Below, piece after piece: positions 36,301-51,300 of a DNA stretch of 64,000 bases (the first letter of the stretch is position 1; each line of letters opens with the position of its first letter). Made by a program: the position numbers and the translations under genes. The DNA comes from Balanoglossus misakiensis. Lineage: Eukaryota > Animalia > Hemichordata. The stretch lies in assembly GCA_040954595.2 (NCBI GenBank), contig CM082578.2:18060728-18124727 (forward strand). The letters run 5' to 3'. Below the pieces are notes generated by a model. The model saw only the letters and a program-made list of their open reading frames with translations, had not been told where the DNA came from and did no database searches.

Positions 36301-39300
36301 ATTGTATTTGCATGATAACTTTGGAAGCTACCGATCTCGCACATGAAATTCTGGAGGTAATAAACTGTGCAAGTGGTATTTCCGCCACATCAGTACCAAT
36401 TGAGTCTTTCCTCACTCAATGAGTATCAAAGTCACACGTTTTCATCAGAACAAGTTCTTCTGTAATATGGTTCGGATCAGTACATCTATAAAATCACTCA
36501 TTATGGACCACGCGTTTCCTTGGCAATGAATCTCACCTTCTTTTCTCTCTTCTTTGCAGCCAAGTGTTCATTCAGCGCATCTAGTTTGTCGGTGACTTCT
36601 TTCAAAGCAGCTCTCTTCTCGTTCAGATTACTCAACAGATCGCCAAGCTGTGATTCTGCCTGTTGCAGTTTTGCCCTCTTTGGAGCCACAATCTGAATAA
36701 AGTCAATAATGATATAAACTGTGTGTGGAGGGACTGCGTATAAAAAAATGGTCTCCATGTGCATAGAGATGTGACACTTTAAACATGAAATTACACATTG
36801 CTTCTGTTTTAGGGTTTCGAGACCAAAATTTATTCAAAACTAGCAGTATCCAAATTCTACACACACATGTTGAAATCGAAAGTGAAAAGTTAGTACAATG
36901 TGACCTAAATACCTTAGCAACTCTGTCGTAGACTTCAATGGCTCGGACCCATTTACACATGCCTTCACAAGCAGACGACACATGTTTGATGACTGCAGGA
37001 TCGAAATCTGGATTATCAATGTACCGATCTCGGATCTTTCTGACGTAACTTTCAGGAATGTTATCTTTGTCAAAGTTCTTCAGGTGTTCCAAGATTTTTA
37101 AATCACCAAGCATCTAGGAGAAATAGACAAAACCAATGTCACTACATTTCTTGGAATTTGGGACTGATACAATTTGCCTTAAGTTTGTGGTATTCCAGAA
37201 AGTAGAGACATGCAGATTTTACCTTTTTAGCTGCTGGCCAGTAATCTTCATACTGTTTACCCTGATCATTGACTTTCTTCTCTGGCTTGATACCCTGGTG
37301 AACAAAGGACAGATTTCAATCAGAAAACAAGTGACGCCATGTCTTTATTCAAGAGGGAAGATTATAGTCACCACGAAATTGCGATTGGCTTTTCAAAGGC
37401 ACAGCACCAACATCATGCTAGGATCTCAAACAATTGTCACAATCTTCTGATAGAATGACTCACACGCCTTAGTGGTCACTCTGTCACCACCATGGTTTGG
37501 TCCAAGGCTACCATTCTTAAATGGCAGTGCAGAACCTCTACATGAGGAAAGGGGTTGAAAGGGTTAATTATGGATCTAAAGTAGCTACGAATACTGACCC
37601 TTAGTATACAGATAGCTTCCATGACAATCTTGACACCATTAGGTGGATTCGTCATTGTTTTCACCATAGTGATGTCTTGCTGTTTCAGAGTATTCAACGC
37701 CGCCATGGCCGCGTTCATGGCTGGCATGGCTACCGAAAGATTTTCTTCGCATTCATCCTGTCATAACAAACAACACATGCATTCAGAATAATAGAGATTG
37801 AATATACATATAATTTAGTTCTGTTATCCACTGAAATTTTCCACCTCACATGCACTGTAGGCCAAACATATCTCCACAGAACAGACATGCTGTCCAGATG
37901 CATATAAATTCATAAATTTTTTTTTTTTACTTTTTTTGCATTTCCTCCTTGGAAACTGTTGCTTAACAATAGTTGCTTAGGACCAACAATTCAAGTCTTG
38001 ATATTTGTACCTTGATAGCCTGTGCCTCTTGAGCTGCATCATTAGCTATCTTTTCTTCAGCCTGTACAACTTCTTTCACTTTCTCAACCTCCTTCGTCTC
38101 CTCAGCAATGATCTTGATCAGCTTCTCTGTTTCTTTGTTGGTTTCTATCAGTTGCGGTTGTAAAGCCGTCAGCTCCTCTTGCATTACAGCAATCTAGAAT
38201 ACACCAAGAAATATGATCATTGACTGACGAAAACCACATGTGCAACAAAGCTGAAGTTTATAGATGAGTTAAAAATCTTCTGTAATAATGCACACATTTA
38301 GTGTACCAAATTGAAGTTGATCTGGCCAAAGACTGGCCTTTAAACCTCATATGCCAGCTTACCTGAGAGGCTGCAAAATCTAGCTTTTCTAGACCCACTG
38401 AGTATCTGTTCTTCTGAGTCAAAATCTCCAGTCTTTTCATGTTCATCAGACTTTTGAAAGTTTTGATCAATTCAAGGTATGAGGTAGGAGTTACATAGTT
38501 GCGTCTCCTCAACACACCATAAAAGCTGAAAAGGAAAAAGAAAAGTCACTCTGAATGATTATATAATTGCAAGTTATCAAGAATCTCTTGGTTGATAATT
38601 TGAGTGATCAATTGTAGTTTGTGGTGATTAACAGATAATTCTGAAAGTCTAATGTTTGACTTGAGTAAGTAACTTACGTATCTGAGAGTGCTCTAACACT
38701 CTCATGGAAATGTTTGCACATAAAGACTACTTCAGTTCTAACTTCATCTGTCATTTCTATATCATCAAGGAATTTATGGGCTACTCTCTCTAATGCATCT
38801 TCTGGCCAGGCCTGGAAAAACAATAGACATGGACCGTTTCAATGTACATAAAACTAATAGTGCAGTGCAATAGTGCGTATGAACCAACACATTAAAGATG
38901 GGCTACTGTTGAAATTGGTACAACGTGAAGAGGCCATAATTGATTCCTATAAGATATTTTGGAAGCCTACTACATTGTAACATACCTTAAACCAATCTAT
39001 TGTACAGCAATTAATCAGTGAGGGAAACATCCTTAGTCTATTTCTAAATGCATCTCCAATGGGGCTAAATGTCAACACAATATGTAAATGTCTTCGGACT
39101 CTCTCTATGAACTTGTTGTACATATTCAAAGGAGTGGCTTCAATTTTAGCATTTTCAGCCTGAGATAAGACTTGCATCTGAAATGGAAAGAAAGGCAGCA
39201 TTAATTTCTATATTTTCAAGTCTCAGCGGAGAGGAAAGCATGTCTGAATATTTACCGAGGTAGTCACTTTTCTCTTTGACAACATAACTGGATTCAGCAG

Positions 39301-42300
39301 AAGCCTACTTAAAAAGTGCAACATACAAAGTGTTTCTGACTTGCCACTATCCCTTTCAAGAATGTTAGCATTCGGCTTGACAAGACATCTTGTTTTGTTC
39401 AACATGTCCACACACACACATGCACACATATACATCAAGAAATGTCTAATGCACACCCACCTTCTCAATGAGTTCTAGCCTCTCCTCATTCTCGTACAGG
39501 TTTGGAATATCGCCTGTGTTCAGAAGCATATTTATATCCTCCAAAAATGATATATCCTGATAATGACAATGAAAAAAATATAGATTTAATTCATGTCAAT
39601 ACTTTTTTCACCAGAATAGAAAGAATATCTTCCACACAAAACCAATTAAAGCACTACCTTGATTTGATGATCACCAAAGAGAAAGACTGTTGAGTTGCCT
39701 TCATCTCCAGCTCTTCGTAATAACTCCTTTAGGTCATCCTTCCAGTCATTTGTGGTGTAGTTCTTACTGATTTCAATGGTGAAAAGATCATAGTCTGCCA
39801 TGAATGCAGCTAATCTGGTGGCACTGGATCTACCACTTCCACCAATTCCTAAGTTGAACATTGAAAACAATATATTTATCATTAAAAAAATCCTAGAAAA
39901 TAACTAGACACCAGAAGTAAAGTCTCTTGCCACAGGACACAACACCACAGTCGTGCCAGGGCTCAAACCCATAATTCTTCGATCATGAGTCCAAAGCTCT
40001 AACCACTGGACTATGAAACCTCCCTGGAATGCTGAAGAGACAAAAGAAAAAAAAAGTGGTGACAGCAATTAACTTACCAACTAAGAGAAGATGGCCGTTA
40101 GGCTGTTTAAGTACACGACTAATTCTGGAGATGTGTTCAATGGCAAATCTGAACATGACCAGGTCCATTGGGGCTTTGCTCATCAGGTTGTATTCTTCAA
40201 GATATCGCTCAATAGTCTGCAAGCACAAAAATATTAAGATGGAAAATCAATACATCTTTAACATGAAGGGGTACAGTGTGTACATGTGCCAAGCAAATCC
40301 TTTGAAGTGCCAGTATTATTATCATAGGGATGATATGTGTCAGAGACAGGGACTCTAACAGGAGAACATCACAGTATTTTGTCCCAGCTCACCTCTCTCA
40401 GATTATCCATTTCGGTGATTTCATCATAGAGTTTTTCTTCATCTCTTCCTTGTAAGTAGTCCCCGAAAAACAAGCTGTAAGATTAAGAGGCATCAAAAAA
40501 GCATGTAAGATACGCTGGTCTTTAACCAAAAGGAATCTGTTCTTTATTTCAGTCTGTTAATCTACCTTCATTTAACCATTACAATTACTGCTTGATTTTA
40601 TCCCTGGTACTTCTGTATAATGCAATGTTCCGGTTGTCTTCTGTTGTATGAATTGTTTCCATCTTAGCTCTTGTTAGCATTGTTATACAGAGTTGAGTGT
40701 ACACATGCAGTATAAGAACAGAGGAAATCTTTGCACCACTCAGCAGAGATATGTTATTACAGCGATGTTCTCATGCAAGTTCTTGTAAAGCCATATTGCT
40801 TGCCAGATTTCTCCATAAGAATTTGTCTCAATTTTATACTACAGTGTATTAAACTATTATGCAAAAATAATTGCTCATTTTCCTTTCAAACTTTGATAAA
40901 AGATCTGGGCAAAAGATTTTTTTATGAAAGATGCAATTTTTGTGATTAAAAATGTCTATGCAAAGGCAGAGAATCATGCTGTGCAACAAATACCAATATT
41001 CGGTGTAAGATGTGTTGTGAGCAAAATCAGGTTCTTGGTTAGGGAAAGAGCAAGATGGTCACTTCAAAACTTCATTAAGTTCTATCATGCAGAAAAACAA
41101 CTCAGAACAATTGGAATCCAAACTGTCAAAGTGTTACAAGCAATTAAAACCAAACAACAGCAATCATTGCACAAAGATTGGGCAAGATGTGATAGTAAAA
41201 ATAGAGAAGAAAGACCAGATATGCATGAGCCTGTGTATGCCTTATTGTATGTTTGCTAAACTTTCCTATATTTGTGTGTGTGGGTCGGTGTGAGTGAGTG
41301 TGTGTGTGTGTGTGTAGTTTGTGCATGAGTGTATGCATTCGTGCCTTGTGACGTGTACATGAACAACATGTGTATTGATAGTCAGCCAGATGCCGAATTC
41401 CTTGTCCCTGTATTGCAATTAGAAGTCTATTTATATATACTGGTTTAGTCACTGTGTATACATGTATAATTACAGTCACACCAGTTGCACACTTCAAACC
41501 CCTTGTTTAACATACAGAACAAAACGGAACAATCTAGATATCCTGTACATATCAGATTCTTCCATTTTAAGCTGGATTCAGGGGTTTGACAACAAATACA
41601 CAAATTAATCCCTATAATTATAAGGAAAAAGCATACAATGAAAATGTAAAGCAAAATGTGAATAATACACAACATCCCCAAAATGACAGCATTTCACAAA
41701 ATATACCTTCTGACGTCTTCATCTGTCAAGTCTTTTATTGCATCTATTTTGAACATTTTCATTGCGCTACAGCAGAAAATGGCATGCAGAAAAAAGTTGG
41801 CGTTGGATGAAATATGAGATTGTGGATGCATGAATGCTGAATTACCATAGCAATCCAAGTGTAAGCCCCTTGCAATTAACTTAATTTTTCTCTAGTTTAT
41901 TTACTCTTCACACCATGTTTAAGGATGTTTTATATGTTTCTTCCAACTTCAACCCTATTTTCTTATAACTTGCGAGAAACAGTATATTGCTCAAGGCTTA
42001 CACTTGGATGTACTTTTATGTAAAAAAGTTAGTAGCACTGAAAGAACAACACATTTGAAGCAAAAACAGCTGATAGACAAAAAGAGCATGAGAGATAGGC
42101 CACAGCAACAGCATGGTTACACCAAACCTTTCCTGAAAACAAAACTACTACTACAATGTTGAATTGAGCAAAATAAGTACATGACACTATTCAATTCCTT
42201 TTTATTACTGTTATCTTACTAGGCTTTTTGGTCAATGTTATCATTATCTGTATGCAATGTATGATTTACAAATCTTTATTCTTATATTTTATCATATTTT

Positions 42301-45300
42301 TACAACTTTCATAACAATAATGTTTTTATGTTATATATAAACTAGAAATTTGATACCTTTCAATATACAATTAGTCTCTATATGGCAGTATCTTTAGTAC
42401 TGATATCGACAGACATTATCAATTTCACACTGCTACATAAGAAACTATAGATTCGAACAAAACAAAACATAAAACACAGTCCTTCCACCAGGGACTGCAG
42501 TAGACATGATTGAAGAAGTTAGTGAATGACATTTTATGGGAAGATGTGTTATGGAATACAGAACACAACAAACTTTATACTTGATGTAAATACCCTGGGC
42601 TTTCGCTGCTGTGGAGGGAATGATGGGAAGACGATGAAATCATTGATGATAAAAGACAATATGGTGGGGTGACTGAAACTAGGGTGAGAATACTTCAAAA
42701 TGATGTTGATTCCTGTTTTGGAAATGAGATGGGTCTACCGGCCATCACTGAATATGTGAGATACAAAATAATTTGTTGAATGAAGTTGACAGACCTTTTT
42801 TTAAGTTTGACCAAAACCACCCTGTTTACATGCTGCGTTCATTCATGTATAATATAGTAATTATCTTCTGCAAAAGCTTTAACAGGTACAAATGTAGCAT
42901 ATCAGTATCATGTGTTTTATGCAAAAGCGAGTTGCTTGCAAGAAGAGGCAGCAATGAGACTGATTAGTCAAGTTATTTTATCTGCTGCTTCTCACAGAAA
43001 AAGTCATGATGTTGATTCATGAGACTCACCTTCTGATGTTGTCATCCTGGAGATCTTTCCCAGGCGTCAACAAATGCGCAAACACACTGTTTAACTTCTC
43101 CTTGAACTGGCTCTGCACCACATGCTGGAAAATTGACACAAACCATTGTGATTATTCAGCAGGGAAATACCACAGGGATTGCTAAAATATAGTTCTGATC
43201 TAGTTTTTTTTAATAAATATTACTTGCTGGACCATCTCTGTCATTGTCTGTTTTCTGTATTACCCCCTGTCTTATCAGTTGCTATACAAGCAATCAAGCT
43301 ATCCAGTTTTCTGTTAAGTACCTACTAATTACCTAATCTGTTTACCTCATCAACAGATTAAGTTGTTCTGTCTTATCAGTTACTAATCCAGAATACAAGC
43401 TATCAAGTTCCCTATTAAGCACCTGCTAATTACTTACGGTAATCTGTGTACCCCATTGACAGATTAGGTTGATAAAGTAAACATGTGTGAACCAGTACAT
43501 GTACTGGGTATACTCAAATGCATTCATTCTAACATTTCTGCCAGAATACATAACAAAACCACAACTTTCTGCCAGAATAAATAACAAACCACAACCAAAG
43601 ACTTACTTTGATAATTTTGAAGAATCTTTGTCTATCAGATTCATCCACTAATCTATCATAGAACACACGGTAGACTTCATGAACCCACAGTCGTATGAGT
43701 TTGTGTGATCCCTCTGTGCCGGATGGAACACACTTGGGTTGCACCAGTATCATACCCTGTACGACGCGGGCAAAGTCTCGCAAGTTGAACAAGTAGTGTG
43801 ATTTTGCCGGTGTAGGCAAGAAGTTAGTGATGGCTTGGGTGTAGACTTCAGTTGTGGCATAGATTATTATCTGAAAGGAAAAACATAAGTAACAAGTTAA
43901 TTAGCAAATTTCCCCTCTAAATAATGCAATGAAGTGATGAAGAATGATAATACTGCATTGTCACTTACTCTCGAGAACCTTTTCAGACTAGTTTCAAATC
44001 CTTTATTGAAATGCCATTCCATGATGGGTGCAAAAATAGTCTTCATGGTTTCTTCATCAAACGAGTCAATAGCAATGACGTTGAAATGACGTAGAAATCT
44101 TGGAGTGACTGGATTGCGACCCCCTCCTGGTGGTCCCATGGCAGACACTATACTGATGCCAACCAGCTCTAATATACTGGTATCTTTCCTGGAATTGACA
44201 AAAACATAAAATTCAATAAAACATTAATAATGTCAATCAGGTACCACATTGTGAAAATTACATGTAGTACTTCATATACATTACTCTCAACACTTGGATA
44301 GAGATTGGTTTGTATAAAGTTACTTACTGGTAATGTAAACTACTACAATACATATTTAAGTGTGTCACACATACCTGTCAAACCAGAATCCATGGTCTAT
44401 CCACTGTCTTAGTAATTCAATCGGAGGTTGTGCACCATACTTCTCTCTCAGAGGCATGTTCAAATCATCAACAAAGACGATCAGTTTCTTTCCGACCGGG
44501 GGACCATAAATACCTTTCCTACGTCTGCAACACAATACAAATCACCACTTCAATATCAGTAATAGTAAATGATGAGCTTTTGAACGTGATTTCAATTATT
44601 ACACCATCATGACCATAACAGCCCAACCTGATAGGGGTAGCAAGACTGCCCTGTGGGGAATATGACTATATGCCACAAGGCCATAGATCTTTCCAGCCAC
44701 TTTTTATAGCAGTTTTTCTCAATCTCACAAGTACACCTCATTCAGTCAAGAGCATAGAATAATACACCAGGGGATGTTTTGTACTGCTTGCATGATAGCA
44801 GTGTGTTCTGACAGAACCTACGAAATGTCTTAAGAGCCTGACATGAAGGTGATTTTTTTTATACAGAACTGCATGCATACATCACCCTACCTGTCAAGCT
44901 TGGAGAAGATAATATCTTGAGTTTGGTTGGCAGACGTCTGTGCCGAGAAGTTGACATTGTTTGGAATATAGTTCCCTTTAGCCAATTCAAGAAGGTAACT
45001 GTTGGTGATTGCTGACTTGCCAGTCCCAGTCAGACCGACAAATAGTAGTGGCTTGTCGTTGAGAATTAATTTCTTCAGGAAGTACAGCTGTCTCTCGGTG
45101 TCAACTGTTTTGATGATCAGTTCATTGACCTGACAGTGGAAATGGAAGATATGAGATGAGAATGAGGAAATACTATGTGAGATTTGGTGAGTGGAAGCTT
45201 GTTGTATGTTGTGGGTGACTGCAGCTTCCATGGTTTGTAACAGCCATGTTTGTAGGGGTTGTCTTCTGTATGGACTTTAAGAGAAGTTGTATGGATAGTT

Positions 45301-48300
45301 ATTGTGGTTGTCTCAAAATTGTTGTGTGAGAACAAATGAGCACTGATCAGTTTGGGATTCAAGTTTTTATTTTAATCGGGGTGGGCGGGAGGTCATATTT
45401 ATTCCGACAAAGTAGATGGTGGCAGGGATTATAGAATTTGGAAGTGTTTGTGCAATGTATACCAAGTTTACAATGAATATATCAAGTACTAAATCTAATA
45501 GCAACAATCACCATAACATCTCCTGCCAGCCGACAATTTTATGTGCACAGATTTTACTATTATCTGGACTTCATTGTACTTTCACCCACTCATTGCCAAA
45601 TTCATTTTTTAACACTACAGTGTAGACCAGCAGGAGATTGTTATCTACACATCTTATGGTGAACCCTCACCAAACATGAAAATACATGTAATGAATATAC
45701 TATGTAGTTTATCTCTGTGTAATTGAATGGATGTTCACATGATTATCTAAATCTGTATCAAAACATAAATTCCTTAATACCCACAGATGATAAATTCATG
45801 AAAAAATAATGTGCTTAGTCCCTTTTATCCACTCATTTTACCCTTACATTTATCTGTGTATGATATGTTTTTATGAATGTGAAGTTTTCCCAAACCTGGA
45901 GCCCTGTGAATAAATTAGCATCATTTCTAATTTCAAAACAATGAGCCCATCTTCAATAAAATCCATCTACATGAATCCAGGGGGGTAGGATTTTCAGGGG
46001 GGACCACCCATTTTCCAAGAAAAATTAGGGGGAACCATGGAAAAAGACACCAGGAAAATAAAAAATCCTCTGTTTTACATATAACATATATTCTGTAGAT
46101 TCTATGGTATTCTGCAGAAAATTGTACAAATTGAACGAATTTATCATTCAGCGTTTTTCACAGTTGTTCCATCAAATTCATAACTCTGTGTACAGTTCCT
46201 TTTACATGTAGTATAACTGCAATATGTCAGATTTCTGCAAGGATGTTTTCTCTAGTGTCTACAGGGGCAGAATGCTTGAGAAAACGGTTAGTATTCTTGA
46301 GAATGCACAGATGGCGGTTAGTGGTGTCTCACAGCAAGCAATGTTCCAGTACCAAAAGAAACCGATGGTTATTAAACTAAAATTCCACACTCTCGTGATA
46401 ACTAGCAGCACTTAGTGATAACCGGTGATAACCAACTCTCAGCAATGACAAGGCACTCAAATCACTTTTTTTTTTCTCTTCATCAACACACACATGGGTG
46501 CATGTGAACATGTCTTACCATAATCTGGAAGTCCCAGAGTTTCTATTCAAATACAACATTAGGCAAAAGAATGTCAAGACAAGGCATGCAGTCGTCATGC
46601 AAAGTTTCAAAAGAAGGTTGCAGGTCAATTAGGAAGTCAAAAAGACAAGTCAAGAAAGAAAGAAAAAGAAAAAAATGAGAAACAAAGTGCTAACCACAGA
46701 AAAAGTGTGTCATGGGTACACATGATATAATCAACTTAATTCCTATTAAAATGATAAAAAAAACTATGACAAATATCTACAAATAATTTGATAACTTTGG
46801 ATGGTAGGTGTACTACACTGAGCCACACTATAATAATTTATTTTTACCATCGGTTGGTCTTCGATCTCTGATCCCTCCTACAAACAGGTATCACAATTTT
46901 GTCAGCTCATTAGAAATTTGACTCACCCACAAAATCACACTAAAAATCTCATGCTAACTCGCCTTAGTAGTAAAAAAAGTTTAAGACATTGGCAAATATC
47001 TTACTATTTCATATGAAATACTAGTTCAACAAAACTGAATCAAATCAATTATAACAATTAAACACAATTACTAAAATATTTAAAAGCTAAATGAGGAAGT
47101 TAGAATACAGTAAAGATTTAAATAAAAGTTAAAACACAGCAAATTTTAAGAGTATATTAAAAGCAAGGTCACCTTTGTGTCATCATCATAATGATCCTGC
47201 GGCCTTGAGGAGCGTTCTTTTAACATTTGTGCTATAAGCTGATGATAGCATTGATTTGCAGCAATAAAAGATAGCCAAGGCAGAGCATACAAATTGTTAA
47301 TTATTAATTATCATTATAATACATAATTATATTATAGATATTACAGAGACAACAGAAATTGTGCATGCTTGTGCACTGTTATGCAATACTGCCGGTTACT
47401 GTACTGTTATGCCATGCTGTGTCAGTGTGTGCTGTTATGTCAATCACTGTACTGGTAAGCAATGCTGCAAATGTAATGTTATGCAATGTTGCAAGTAACT
47501 GTGTACTGTTATGTAATGCTGCCGAGTTTGTATGTGCTGTTATGCACTGATGTAAAGTCAATGTACGCTGTTATGCAATCCTGAAAGTTAAGCTTGTGAT
47601 GTTATTTTCCATTGCACTAATATTACCTTAAAATATGAAACCACTATATGCTCATTGGTTTATAGCTGAAACTCTTTTTGAATAGTGAATATTTCTTTTT
47701 CAAAGTCAAATACATGTTTATCTCTTTTTTATAGAACAACTTTGAAGTCACAAAGATTCTGTTGCAGTTGTCAAAATGTATGATTTTATGTTCTATTTTG
47801 ATCTTTTCTGGTCGACATAATGTTGACAGGACAGCCAAGTAACCGACAAGTCCATGTTGAAGTTTTTATGTTGTCCACTTTTACAGTAAGGCTTTGGTCA
47901 ATATCAGTGGTTTGACTCCACTTTGCAGCACACACAATGAGCATTGTTTTCATATTTCCAAGCAGCAATATTTCAGGAATATTTGCACAGTCCATCAGAC
48001 AAGCAGATGATATATTAAGATTTCAATATTGAGTGACAAAAACAAGAAATCATGCAATACCTTGCACCTCTGTGCGATCACAAAACCGGTACATCGTGTG
48101 AAAACAGACGACACAAATTGGTTTCAGAAACATCACAGGCAAAGTGCCATGCCAGGAACAAAAGATGCGGGGTAAGTCAGTACATAATCATGGAAGTGGG
48201 AGAGGTCAGTGTTATAGCAGAGAACAGTACATAAACACATCAGGTATTAGTGAGAGAGATGCAAACAATATCACAGAGGTTTTTCTAAAAAAAGATAGCA

Positions 48301-51300
48301 CTATAGGTTAAGGTGATGCATTCACATAGACGTATTTTCTCTGAGTTTCTGTCTGAAAAATCACAACTCTACGTTGCAGCAGATTAGCAAGTGAAACTTC
48401 AAAGTATCTAAAAAAGTTAGAATTAAGCTAAGTCAGTCTACTCAATCCATTCATGCATTGAGGAAGAGCTGAAAATCCAATATAAGATTTCCAAATCAAG
48501 TATAAAACCTACACAGGAATACCATCTTGCAAAAAAACGAGTACAAACCTTTGCTTTCTCTCCTATGCTGACTGGTTCGATGAGTCCTTCCCATCGATGC
48601 CACGATCCGTACATCTTGCGGATGTACACATACTCAAAGATGCTGCCTTTCTTCGGGATGAGAAGACTCCTTGGAAACTTCAGTTCTTTGGGTCTTGGGT
48701 GCTTTGCTGTTGGCCCGGTTTCCGAGTCACATAGATGTCGGAAGAAGTCATTGAATCTGGAATAAGAATGAAGGAATGAGGTTAATTGTTTGGACATTTT
48801 TGTCAGTGATTGTCTTTGTAATATGGTAGGGGAAAAGTCACTCTGTCATTACAAGATTTTTATTGAATGCAAATAAATGTCAACAGAATGACAACGAAAG
48901 TTTCATCACATTATCTAACTGGAATTTGTCTTTTTTCAAACACCATTCTTGGCTTTGGGATCTAGATGTGGAAATGGCTGTATGTTGAAACTACATGATT
49001 TATTCATCTTCAACTTGTAGACAGTGCGCTTTCTTGCACGAGACTTATACTTACTTTCCTTTGGAGGAGACATCAATATTGCCACCTGCCGACCAGACCA
49101 ATGAAAACAGGAATTGACATACTAACATAGCAGTCCTTTCCTCTTCCAATTTCTGGTCAGACACTGATGATGTCGTTGCTTCTTCCTCAAGTTCACTGTC
49201 AGAGTCATCAGCATTCCTACAGGTGCAAATCGTTACAACATTTATCAATTTTTGGTAGCTATCAGCTCAGACTTGTGGAATTGAGGAAAGACTTCATTTT
49301 GTTTTTAAAGGTGTATGATGCAAATCGCTAGTACTTCAGTTCATCCCAAAGCTATTCACATGCTTTTTTCATGCATTTTTCCTTTGTTTACTTGTGTTTG
49401 TGTGTATCTCCAGAGTGCATGAGTGTGCATGCAATGTACATGTACATGGTGATTGCAGTCTGTGTGTGTACGAGTACACGTGTGTGTCATGTGTGTGTCA
49501 GAGTAAAGCAATATACCATTGACTAATATTTAATTGCATAAAACAAATTTTGAAACTGAGTTTATTTCAATGTTCATGGGAACTTTTATAAATAAATCCA
49601 TTCAATGTGAATATTTAATATTTATAGACACATTCAAAACAAGTACTTCACCTCTATTAAATTTGTTAGTGTAACCTAAGAAAATACACCAACACTATTG
49701 AAAGTCAGTTGTGTAAAACCAAAGGGTTCTGTTTATGAATGACAGTGATGTGAGATAGTTGTCAGTTTTTGTTTTTATCTTTTGTGTGTTTTTTTGTTAG
49801 TGAGAAGAGATGAATCCCCAAACACATATTAGTGGTAACTTTCTGTATTTCTCAATTAACAGACTGTAAGAAAATACAGCAAAATGGGAAAGAACATGCA
49901 CAAAATAATTTTAACTCCAGAGCCACTATCCCACCAAAAGTATTACAGAAAAAAATCAAAATGCAAAATTTTGTAGTTACAAAGGAAAAAAAGAGGTGAA
50001 AAACATTGACACTGAAAATTGGGGAAAAATTAAAACAAGAAAAATCACTTTTCTTATTTTAACTTACCAAGAATGTTGCCAGGCAAAAAATATTGGCAAA
50101 ATACATAGATTATAAAACATTACATTACAGGAACAATACGAGTTTGCAAAAAAATGTTTTATGAGGGAGAAAAATCTGAGTTTTTCTTGAGGCTGAAGAT
50201 TTTTATAAAAAAGTAGATTTTTTTAAAGTTTTGGTGGGGGGGGGGGGGGGGGCTTTTATCGAGATTAGGGAGTCATGATTTGTGTAGTTGCACCTACCGG
50301 AACTTGATATTGCTGTTTATTATAAGATACCATACACACACCATTAGGACACACAGTAAGAGTCAAACCACATGCATTGTAGTGGCAGAGCACACAGCGT
50401 ACAGAATGGTAATATGCCAACGTGATCCAGCCGGGGTAGATTCGCCATCAGAGGGTTCAGAGGTCACAGATCAAAACATTAGCAAATCACACAACATAAG
50501 TGCAGGTTTATTTTTTGCGTCCAGGTGGTAGTGGTGCGGCAGAAACACACGAGGCAGTGAGCGTCACACAGAAAGCAGAAAGGTGCCATGTTGGGTGAAA
50601 AGAGCAAGCAAAACAAATGATGGTGTCATTAGCATGAGTTATCGTGTAGTGCTGAGCAGTGATGCTTGGCTGAAAATTACAATTCCTTATCAAATTTACT
50701 ACAAAAATCATTCTATGGACTGATTCTTCATTTATGTGTTGGAAGTCCAAGTGTGAGCACTTTGCATTTATTCTTACGTTCTGACTGCTCGATTCTAATG
50801 AAATATATTTACTGTTATAATTCTGGTGCTCATTATATCTCTCACTGGATGATATCACTAGGCAAGGTGTATGTGTATTTACTAGCAAATTATCTACTTT
50901 TAACAGAGCACTCTATGAAAGCTTTATGACTTTGTATAAATTTAAATGTCTGCTTTAAATATGAGCTTAATCCGTTTAGACTTTAGCTTTCTATATTAAA
51001 TGATACTGTGATAATACTACGCAGTGGTGCTGTATGGAACTTTACTTCTAAGCTCTACTTTTATTATAAGGCTAATTAAGAATAGCAGATATATCTATTT
51101 CAAACAAGAAAACATTTCTGTTAACAATCTGGAATGCAAGTGTTGATTAAATTCAACAGTATTTCATCGAGTGAAGATCTTGAATAATTTCCACACTTTT
51201 ACCATTTTTTTTTCTGTTAAAGATGTATCATGTTCTATAAGCAAAGATCAACTTGTTCTTTTCAAAAAATGTTGAAATTGAAAATAAATTAAAATAATAT

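Noticed and set aside
49652-49675. 24-nt exon-like segment with good splice sites
   Set aside because: Contains TAA in the host phase-2 frame; at most a poison exon.
50068-50175. 108-nt open phase-2 segment ending in a GTAAGT donor
   Set aside because: No pyrimidine tract at the acceptor, and T-rich intron-like composition.
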